Positions 56,542 through 64,000 of a stretch of 64,000 nucleotides of DNA are shown in pieces; the stretch's first letter is position 1; each line of letters begins with the position of its first letter. The notes under the pieces are model-generated. The model searched no databases. It was not told the DNA's origin and saw only the letters and a program-made list of their open reading frames with translations. Origin of the DNA: Promethearchaeota archaeon (lineage in GTDB: Archaea; Asgardarchaeota; Lokiarchaeia; Sigyniarchaeales; SOKP01). The position numbers and the translations under genes are program-made. The stretch lies in assembly GCA_016840165.1 (NCBI GenBank), contig JAEOSU010000029.1, positions 12,966-76,965 on the forward strand. Reading direction: 5' to 3'.

Positions 56542-57855
56542 TTGTCCACATTAATGAAAATAGCGAAAAGCGGAAATATCACACCAGAAATGGAAATAGT
56601 AGCGAAGAATGAAAAGGTAGACGTTGAATTCATAAGAAAAGGGATAGAAAAAGGCAGAATTATAATTCCTAAATCAAACAGAAGAAAATTAAATCCTCCT
56701 ATTGGTATAGGGAAAGGCTTATTAGTTAAAATTAACGCTAATATTGGTTCTTCTAAGACAGTGTGCAATATTGACCAAGAATTAGAAAAAGCAAAAATTG
56801 CAGTCAAATTTGGTGCCGATACCATTATGGACTTAAGTACAGGGGTAACTGAATCAGATATTCAAACAATTCGAAAGCATATAATCGAAGAAATTAAGGT
56901 ACCTCTCGGAACAGTTCCTATATATCAATCTGCCCTAAGAGGTATAGAAACCAAAGGTGCTATTATCCATATGGATGAAGATGATATGTTTAATGTTGTA
57001 GAAGAGCAAGCAAAGGAGGGAGTTGATTTCTTTACTATCCATGTTGGTGTGACAAAAGAAATAGTAGATTATTTAGTGGATCACCCTCGGACCATGGGAG
57101 TGGTTTCCAGAGGAGGTACATTCTTAGCTTCTTGGATTTTGGAAAATGACTCTGAAAATCCTTTTAATCGTAGATTTGATTATTTGCTAGAAATGGCTCA
57201 AGAGTACGATTTCACGTTATCTTTAGGAGATGGGATGAGACCTGGAGGTATTTTTGATTCTACTGATTATGCACAAATCCAAGAGTTAATAGAGATATCA
57301 AAATTGGTAAAAAGAGCGTGGGATAAAAATATTCAAGTAATGGTTGAAGGTCCAGGGCATATTCCTGCCCATGAAATTGAGCACAACGTTAAAATCATGA
57401 AATCATTATGTAATGAAGCTCCTTTTTACGTACTTGGGCCCTTAGTAACTGATATTGCGCCCGGATATGATCATCTCGTTAGTGCAATAGGAGGAGTTTT
57501 AGCAGGGCTAGCTGGTGCGGATTATTTATGCTATGTTACACCCTCAGAACATTTAGCCTTACCAAATATAGAAGAAGTAAAACAAGGTGTAATTGCCTCA
57601 AAAATCGCGGCTCATGCTGTAAACATTGCAAGATTCGGCAAAAAAGCATCCGATTGGGATTATAATATGGATATTGCAAGAAATAATCTAAACTGGGAGG
57701 ATATGATGAAATATTCCATTGATCCCGAATTCGCAAAAGTTATTCATTATAGAAATGGAAATTTAGATGAAGATGTCTGTTCTATGTGCGGTGAATTCTG
57801 CGCAATTAAACTTTTAAAAGATGCTCTCGAAAAGAAAAAGCAAAAACAAAAATAG
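56542..57855 (+). CDS. thiC: Phosphomethylpyrimidine synthase
   Basis: KINANIG, GADTIMDLST, GTVPIYQ, VSRGG, EGPGH, YVTPSEHL, CSMCGEFC. Confidence 0.96.
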   Translation: MSTLMKIAKSGNITPEMEIVAKNEKVDVEFIRKGIEKGRIIIPKSNRRKLNPPIGIGKGLLVKINANIGSSKTVCNIDQELEKAKIAVKFGADTIMDLSTGVTESDIQTIRKHIIEEIKVPLGTVPIYQSALRGIETKGAIIHMDEDDMFNVVEEQAKEGVDFFTIHVGVTKEIVDYLVDHPRTMGVVSRGGTFLASWILENDSENPFNRRFDYLLEMAQEYDFTLSLGDGMRPGGIFDSTDYAQIQELIEISKLVKRAWDKNIQVMVEGPGHIPAHEIEHNVKIMKSLCNEAPFYVLGPLVTDIAPGYDHLVSAIGGVLAGLAGADYLCYVTPSEHLALPNIEEVKQGVIASKIAAHAVNIARFGKKASDWDYNMDIARNNLNWEDMMKYSIDPEFAKVIHYRNGNLDEDVCSMCGEFCAIKLLKDALEKKKQKQK

Positions 57856-57893
57856 AATTAGTATTTCTTATCTATCGAATCTATTGTTAGAGA

Positions 57894-59300
57894 TCAATCA
57901 GTACTAAGCTTTAGTACATCTGAAATCATTTTTAGTTTTTCTATTATTTCTTTTGAGTTTTTTCCAAATAACCGAATTATTGGTTCTTTTCCTATTGCTC
58001 CTTTATCCCAAATAATATCTGGGAATTTTACTCTCTGATTCATGATTTTTTGAATAATCCACTGCATAGTGGACTCTTCTTTGGATTTAGTTTCTTTCGG
58101 TTGTTGTTCTCTTTTTATTTCCTCCAATTGAAGATTCGATTTTTCCAGAAGGAGAGAAATCCAAGGCTCTTTATATTTTAAATTCATAACAAAATTAATC
58201 GATTTATCATATTTTTTTGCTTCGAGAATTAATCTTGCAGTATGGTCAGAAACACCAAATTTGACTTCTCCCGATGCAAAAGGATAATCATCAATAATTG
58301 TAATTCTTCCTTCAATTGCAGCAATATCTTTTTTTTCAGTGGCATTCGAAAGTGCTCCAGAGATATTCATTCTTACCTCAGGAATTAGTTGACTTAGTTC
58401 TTTATTACTACTTAAAAAAGAATATATCTCCTTTACCTGTTCTACAACTCCTAATCTTTCATTAGATATTGTTAAATCAATAACTGCACCTTGTTGTGGT
58501 AATTCAATATATTTTTGAAATTTCTCATCAAAAAAAGTCTCTGCTGAATTAATAGCTTCAAAAAGTGTGAAATTTTTAGCTAAAAATGCCGTTATTGCAG
58601 AGGAAAATACACATCCAGAACCATGAACATTCTTATCCAAGAATATTTTTGGTTTTTTAAATATATGAAACTTAGGTTTAGAATTAATATCCTCAGAAAT
58701 GCAGAGAATATCACAGATGGTACTTTTTTCGGTCATCACGCTTTTTATAATTACTGCTTTTTCTCTTGAATCAATACTTTCAGTAGGATATATTTTTTTT
58801 AGTAATAAAGTAGCACATTCTTTAATCTTATTGATGTCATTTAATTTAAAATCAGTCATATCGATATTTGTATAAAATGCAGCCTCATGAATATTTGGAG
58901 TGAGAACTGTTACCAGAGGAAAAAGTTTGCTTTCAAGCTCCTCTTCTATTCCTCTTATAGACAATCGTTTCCCAGTACTTGATATAGAAACTGGGTCCAA
59001 AACAGCACAAAGATTATACCTTTTAATATAGTTAGTAATTATCTCAATTGATTTTTTATCAGGAATCATTCCAATCTTTACGTATTTTATAGGATAATCC
59101 TCAAATAATGCTTCTAGCTGACTATCAAGCTCATTTGAAAGAGATTTATATCCATGAAATTTACTTGCTGATTGGTAAGTAAGTGCTGTAATAACAGAAA
59201 ACGGATGCACCCCAATTCGATCAAAAGTTCTTATATCTGCTTGAATTCCTGCCCCAGAAGAAGGATCTGAGCCTGCAATAGTTAAACAAAAATGCTGCAA
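57894..59300 (-). CDS. thiDN: HMP/HMP-P kinase fused to thiamine-phosphate synthase ThiN
   Basis: LTIAGSDPSSGAGIQADI, TPNIHEA, HGSGC; ThiN domain LIPEVRMNI..EGRI..FGVSDHTAR..DKGAIGKEP. Confidence 0.93.
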   Translation of the reverse strand: MQHFCLTIAGSDPSSGAGIQADIRTFDRIGVHPFSVITALTYQSASKFHGYKSLSNELDSQLEALFEDYPIKYVKIGMIPDKKSIEIITNYIKRYNLCAVLDPVSISSTGKRLSIRGIEEELESKLFPLVTVLTPNIHEAAFYTNIDMTDFKLNDINKIKECATLLLKKIYPTESIDSREKAVIIKSVMTEKSTICDILCISEDINSKPKFHIFKKPKIFLDKNVHGSGCVFSSAITAFLAKNFTLFEAINSAETFFDEKFQKYIELPQQGAVIDLTISNERLGVVEQVKEIYSFLSSNKELSQLIPEVRMNISGALSNATEKKDIAAIEGRITIIDDYPFASGEVKFGVSDHTARLILEAKKYDKSINFVMNLKYKEPWISLLLEKSNLQLEEIKREQQPKETKSKEESTMQWIIQKIMNQRVKFPDIIWDKGAIGKEPIIRLFGKNSKEIIEKLKMISDVLKLSTD

Positions 59301-59324
59301 TATAGTTATAATAATTTGAGTAAC

Positions 59325-59900
59325 CTATTTAACTCTTTCAAAAGCCCATTGTGCTTTATCCTTTAAACCTAGAGCTTCATATGATTTTCCAAGAAGTAGA
59401 AAACCTTCCGGAAAATTAAATTTCGCTTTTACTAATTTAAACAAGAAATTTATCGCCAAATCGAATCTCCCTCTTAGATAATTGATTTTCCCTTTCAAGA
59501 ACAATATCTGTTGACCCTTCGGGGTTACAATCGGATATTCGTCATGCAATTCCAGCCTTGATAAAGCGTATTCGTATTCTTCAATCTCAATTAACTCCTC
59601 TATCGTCTCTACAAACTTTAAAAATGCGACCTGATCCGCAACTACTTTTATCTTTTTTACTTTATCTTGTTCAAGCTCTTGTTCGATGAATTCATTTTGT
59701 TCCTTTTCTTTTTCTTCGATAAACTCTTTAAACTTATCAATTACTGCATCGGAATATTTTTCTCGGCAAAGAGGACAATTGGATGAATGAACTAACCACT
59801 CTTTTAAACAATCATAATGAGTTGGATGTCCATTAGGACATGTTTCGTACTTATCTAAACCTTCAATAATTCCCAAATGACAAATTATGCAGTTAGCCAT
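59325..59900 (-). CDS. RING-H2 finger + TPR protein (putative E3 ubiquitin ligase)
   Basis: CIIC..CPNGHPTHYDCLKEWL..CPLCR; C-terminal TPR pair; ATG at 59900. Confidence 0.88.
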   Translation of the reverse strand: MANCIICHLGIIEGLDKYETCPNGHPTHYDCLKEWLVHSSNCPLCREKYSDAVIDKFKEFIEEKEKEQNEFIEQELEQDKVKKIKVVADQVAFLKFVETIEELIEIEEYEYALSRLELHDEYPIVTPKGQQILFLKGKINYLRGRFDLAINFLFKLVKAKFNFPEGFLLLGKSYEALGLKDKAQWAFERVK

Positions 59901-59968
59901 TCCTATAAATAAGCTGTTTAATAAATTATAAAATAACAATTTTTAAGTTTTTGTTATTATTATTCAAT

Positions 59969-59988
59969 TCCAAGTTGATCAACTTGGA
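59969..59988. promoter_or_regulatory. Perfect 20-bp palindrome in a divergent intergenic region
   Basis: TCCAAGTTGATCAACTTGGA equals its own reverse complement; the regulatory role is inferred. Confidence 0.55.
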
Positions 59989-60137
59989 GTTATGCTCAAT
60001 ACCATAAAGAGTCTTAAATGATACTTTTTTTCCCTTTAACTGAAATATGTCTAATACTTTATAAAACTCTATTTTTAATAATATGTATTGGTATTATCTA
60101 ATTAAGATAGATGTTAATCTTATAAAGTTGATATATA

Positions 60138-61700
60138 ATGGTAATTAAACGAAATAAACTATTTCGAGAACTTTTTGGTAATTTTTTAGAGAAATTTCCC
60201 GAAGTTGAGGCAATAGTAGTTTCTGATATTGAAGGATTTGTCATTGCGGGAGAGAAAAAGAAGGAAGCGAAAAGCAGTTTAGAAATTGTCTCAGTATTAA
60301 CCACATTAATTAATCCCGTTTTAGAGCGGATTAGGAATGAATTTTCTTTCAAAAGTTTCGGTAGTTCTTCCTTTGATACTGAGGATTATCGGTTACTATT
60401 TGTATCTATTGATGAGGATAGGATATTAAGTTTAGTACTTAATAGTATGGCCTCAATTGAAATGCTTGCTCCTTATGGATTATATATAGCAGAAAAATCA
60501 GCACAAATACTAACTGCTAAAGACGATGATGTGATCCAAATAACTATCCCAAATTTCGAAGATGAAATAAGTCGCCATGAAACTTTAAAACAAACTCTTG
60601 TACCTTCAGAACTTTTAGAAAAGGGGTCTTATAGCTTTAAATTTGTTGTAGTAGGCGACCATGAGGTTGGAAAAACCTCGCTTATAAGAAGATTTGTTGA
60701 GAGAAAATTTTCTGCTGATTATCGGGCAACAATTGGATTAAATATCCTTGCGCATGACTTTCTATTAGAGGGTAACGAGATCTCGTTGACTCTATGGGAT
60801 TTGGGCGCACAGGAGTTCTTCCGAAGGTATAGGAAAATCTATTACACAGGTGCAGAAGCAGCATTTATCGTATATGATTTAACAGATAGAAAAAGTTTTG
60901 AGCATATTCAAAACTGGTATAATGAATTGATTGAATTTATTGAAGATAAAAATATTCCAGTAGTACTTGTTGGAAATAAACTTGATTTAGTTAATGAAAG
61001 AATAATTAATCGTGAGGAAGGGTTAGAATTATCGAGATCATTATCTTTAGAGGGCGTTTCCCATATTGAAACTAGTGCTCTTAGTGGAGAGAATGTAAAT
61101 GATGCATTTAAACTCATTGCATATCATTATATTATGCGATTAAGAAAAATGGAAGAACAAAAAGTTAAAATTGATTTAATAAATGAAATAACTGAAACCC
61201 TCAAGAAATTAGTTATATTGGAGTTATCATTCATCAACGAATCATTAACATGGAGCCCTGGATTTCAAACTATTATCAATCTTGAGAAATTAGGTGACTA
61301 TTCGGTTATTAAAGATTCTGAAAAGGAACAGTTATATGCCTACAAGAATGGATTGATTGTGAACAACTTTCTCTATGATAGCTTTAATCTTGCCAATACC
61401 GATGGTGCATTTATTATCTTTGATGCCCGTGATAAAATCCATATTGATCCACAGTGGAAAGAAATCCTTATTGAGACTATCAGAAAAATAAGGAAAAAAA
61501 GAGTTATTATAATAGGCTTACGAATAACTGAATCGAGTGATTGGTCCCAACTCATGGAAGAATTCAAAATTGAAGAGGACTTAGAGGAGAAACTGGTAAC
61601 TATTCTCTTTTTAAAAATTGGACCCGACTTTCGAGAAAAGGTGTATGACCATCTCAAACTTATGTTAAATGCGATTGTGAATACAAGAAACTTGAAGTGA
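60138..61700 (+). CDS. Roadblock/LC7 + Rab-like GTPase + degenerate GTPase-like domain protein (paralogue of 8981-10609)
   Basis: VEAIVVSDIEGFVIAGEK; GDHEVGKT, ATIG, WDLGAQ, GNKLD, ETSAL. Confidence 0.9.
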   Translation: MVIKRNKLFRELFGNFLEKFPEVEAIVVSDIEGFVIAGEKKKEAKSSLEIVSVLTTLINPVLERIRNEFSFKSFGSSSFDTEDYRLLFVSIDEDRILSLVLNSMASIEMLAPYGLYIAEKSAQILTAKDDDVIQITIPNFEDEISRHETLKQTLVPSELLEKGSYSFKFVVVGDHEVGKTSLIRRFVERKFSADYRATIGLNILAHDFLLEGNEISLTLWDLGAQEFFRRYRKIYYTGAEAAFIVYDLTDRKSFEHIQNWYNELIEFIEDKNIPVVLVGNKLDLVNERIINREEGLELSRSLSLEGVSHIETSALSGENVNDAFKLIAYHYIMRLRKMEEQKVKIDLINEITETLKKLVILELSFINESLTWSPGFQTIINLEKLGDYSVIKDSEKEQLYAYKNGLIVNNFLYDSFNLANTDGAFIIFDARDKIHIDPQWKEILIETIRKIRKKRVIIIGLRITESSDWSQLMEEFKIEEDLEEKLVTILFLKIGPDFREKVYDHLKLMLNAIVNTRNLK

Positions 61701-61703
61701 TTC

Positions 61704-62780
61704 TTACTTCTTTAAACTCTCTTTAAGTTTATTTGCGATTAAATCACCCATATCTTGGGTACTCATGGTTTTAATATTTGTTTCTTGTATATCTATAGTT
61801 CTCCCTTCATATAGAGCTTGATCTATAGCAATTTCTATTTCATTAGCAATTTCCATTAAATTAAACGATTCTTGCATCATAAGTTTTATACTTAATATCG
61901 TTCCAATAGGGTTTGCGATATTCTTTCCGGCAATATCTGGCGCAGAACCATGGATTGGCTCATACATTGAGATTTTTCCGGGATGGATGTTGCCACTGGA
62001 TGCCATTCCTAAACTCCCGATTAAAAAGGCGCCTTCATCACTGATTATATCTCCAAACATATTGCCTGTTACAACCGTTTGAAACTTATAAGGGGCTCTA
62101 ATTAACCATTGACAGAAGGCATCAATATAAATATCCTCCTTTGCTAAAGTAGGATATCCCTCTCCTATTTCATGAAATATTTTTCGCCATAATTGACTTG
62201 GTTTTAATAGATTTGCTTTATCTACAGAGGTAATTTTTTGGTGCTTTACTTTTGTTGCATATTCAAATGCGTATTTGATGATACGTTCACATCCCTTTCT
62301 TGTATAAAGCATAACACTTTCAGCTTTATTATTTTCCAACTTAGAACCATAATTCGAATATAAGCCCTCGGTATTTTCTCGAATAAAAGTAATATCTATG
62401 CCCTCTCCGATAAACTCCTCTTTGAGAGGACATCGATTTTTCAGTGGCTCGTAAAGTTTAATTGGTCTTAAGTTAACAAATAAATCTAATCCCTGTCTAA
62501 TCTTGAGAATTGCTGACTCCGCAACTCCGGGAGGCAAATCAGGGAGTCCAACCGCACCAAATAATAAAGCATCAGCAGATTTAATAATTTCAAAAGATTT
62601 TTGAGGTAAGTTATCTCCATATTGCTTATAAACATTCCCACCTGCGGGAGCTTCAACAAGATTGAACTCAAAATCCGTATAATTAGTAATTAATTTTAGT
62701 ATCTTGATACCTTCATCAACTACTTCTGGACCCACTCCATCTCCTTTGGTAATTGCGATTTTTTTTTTCATTTTTCTCAT
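61704..62780 (-). CDS. leuB: 3-isopropylmalate dehydrogenase
   Basis: GDGVGPEV, NLRP, RENTEGLY, VDKAN, NMFGDIISD, YEPIHGSAPDIAGKNIANP. Confidence 0.85.
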   Translation of the reverse strand: MRKMKKKIAITKGDGVGPEVVDEGIKILKLITNYTDFEFNLVEAPAGGNVYKQYGDNLPQKSFEIIKSADALLFGAVGLPDLPPGVAESAILKIRQGLDLFVNLRPIKLYEPLKNRCPLKEEFIGEGIDITFIRENTEGLYSNYGSKLENNKAESVMLYTRKGCERIIKYAFEYATKVKHQKITSVDKANLLKPSQLWRKIFHEIGEGYPTLAKEDIYIDAFCQWLIRAPYKFQTVVTGNMFGDIISDEGAFLIGSLGMASSGNIHPGKISMYEPIHGSAPDIAGKNIANPIGTILSIKLMMQESFNLMEIANEIEIAIDQALYEGRTIDIQETNIKTMSTQDMGDLIANKLKESLKK

Positions 62781-62906
62781 TGAAGATAATTTTTATTCTT
62801 TAAAAATTGGGGGAAATTATAATTAAAGCTTCTTAGATAGTTTATTATTTATTAGTATTTCAATCATTACTTTAATCATATCAAGATAATTATTGGTTGA
62901 TAATAT

Positions 62907-63470
62907 ATGGATGTGATTATAAAACCTCTCAAACCAGATTTAATAGATGATTTTTTATATTTTTTTGATGAAGTAGGTTTTGTAGATAATCCAGACTGGG
63001 CGGGTTGCTACTGTAATTTCTTTCACTTCGCAGGTTCAAGAAAGAAATGGTCTAAAAGAACGGGAAAACAAAATAGAGAATCTTCAAAAACATTAATTAA
63101 CTCTGGAAAGATGAAAGGTTTTCTTGCATACTCAAATGAAAAACCAATTGGATGGTGTAATGCTAATTTAAAAGAAAATTATTCATATCTTCCATTTGAA
63201 GAACAAATAGATAATCAGAGTAAAATCGCAGCAGTAGTTTGTTTTTTAATTGCTTCCTCTTTCAGACGGAAAGGGATTTCTAGACAACTCTTAAAGACAG
63301 TATGTCAATATTATAAAGACCAAAACTATGATTTTATCGAAAGCTATCCTATAAAATTGGACAAGTCAGATGCTCATAATTATCATGGCCCTTATAATCT
63401 ATATCTTTCAGAAGGATTCTCCGTTTATAAAGAACTAAAAAGAATTTATGTAATGCGTAAGAAATTATGA
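62907..63470 (+). CDS. GNAT acetyltransferase
   Basis: WAGCYC, IGWCN, VCFLIA..RRKGIS, IESYP. Confidence 0.88.
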   Translation: MDVIIKPLKPDLIDDFLYFFDEVGFVDNPDWAGCYCNFFHFAGSRKKWSKRTGKQNRESSKTLINSGKMKGFLAYSNEKPIGWCNANLKENYSYLPFEEQIDNQSKIAAVVCFLIASSFRRKGISRQLLKTVCQYYKDQNYDFIESYPIKLDKSDAHNYHGPYNLYLSEGFSVYKELKRIYVMRKKL

Positions 63471-63748
63471 TTATTTCATAAGTTCAAAATATTAATAAGC
63501 TTAAATCTTAATTAAGTTTAGGTAGACTTACACGATACTGAAAATTATGGGATATTGTAATCAGTTTAATTATTAATTTATAATCTTTGATATAATAGCT
63601 ATAATAGCTTCTATCCTTAAAGATTAAAAAAAATCTCAGATCTAATGGCTCAGAACTATTTCTACCACTTTTCTTCTCAGACATCGTACTTTTGTCGATT
63701 GGGTGAAATTATTAACCAAAACATAATCTAACGAACATTTAACGCAAC

Positions 63749-63757
63749 TTTTAAATA
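63749..63757 (+). promoter_or_regulatory. Putative TATA box of the histone gene
   Basis: TTTTAAATA about 90 nt upstream of the ATG; GGAGGA SD at 63835-63840. Confidence 0.45.
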
Positions 63758-63848
63758 TTTGAACGAAGTATTATACTATAATAAAGTTCATGTTAAAAAA
63801 TGTGAACTTTAGAAAATATTACCAATTAAAAAGTGGAGGAATACTCAA

Positions 63849-64000
63849 ATGGCTAAAAAAGTATTTGCCTGGTCCCCTGTAAGAAAGTTAATGAAAGATA
63901 ATGGCGCTGAAATGGTTGCTCGAGATGCCGTTGATGCATTAATTGACTACTTAGAAAAAACTGCTAAGGGAGTCACAAACAAGGCATTGGAAATGACCCG
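63849..64000 (+). CDS. Archaeal histone (HMf-like fold), truncated by window edge; absent from ORF track
   Basis: MAKKVFAWSPVRKLMKDNGAEMVARDAVDALIDYLEKTAKGVTNKALEMTR, matching histone-fold alpha1-L1-alpha2; strong SD. Confidence 0.9.
   Translation, partial: MAKKVFAWSPVRKLMKDNGAEMVARDAVDALIDYLEKTAKGVTNKALEMT

Noticed and set aside
1941-62671. Numerous 60-130 aa ORFs nested in or antisense to long genes (e.g. 2627, 3925, 19086, 34416, 41076, 56535, 61373)
   Set aside because: No motifs or SD elements, and they overlap well-supported genes; treated as shadows.
1-64000. Selenoprotein or pyrrolysine read-through, tRNA/rRNA genes, IS elements
   Set aside because: No stop codon was seen interrupting a recognisable domain, no GC-rich structured RNA island, and no transposase or terminal inverted repeats; a tRNAscan/Infernal run would be needed to exclude small RNAs.

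Overview
Low-GC (roughly 30%, judged by eye), gene-dense archaeal chromosomal DNA. It is very likely from an Asgard archaeon of the Lokiarchaeia/Promethearchaeia type, because it carries four small GTPases (three Rab-like, one Arf-like), several roadblock/longin-domain proteins, a RING-H2 protein, an archaeal histone, a ThiD-ThiN fusion and a giant N-glycosylation-rich surface protein. I see no rRNA, tRNA, CRISPR array or transposase. Housekeeping content includes a heterodimeric ABC exporter, malQ with a GPH sugar transporter, thiC/thiDN, leuB, thioredoxin and metal transporters. The most striking candidate new system is at 46463-49330: a stand-alone uDENN/longin protein with a putative arginine finger placed as in FLCN/NPRL2/SMCR8, translationally coupled to two paralogous 7-TM proteins, followed by an Arf-like GTPase with a Rag-like C-terminal roadblock/longin domain. 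Other highlights are two Roadblock-Rab-pseudoGTPase paralogues with an altered G3 motif, an M.EcoGII-like orphan methyltransferase, a PH-PH-wHTH-Zn-ribbon protein, a SET-domain protein, probable CTG and ATT start codons, and recurrent hairpins just downstream of TATA boxes. All family assignments come from motif reading and from reference sequences recalled from memory; no database search was run.
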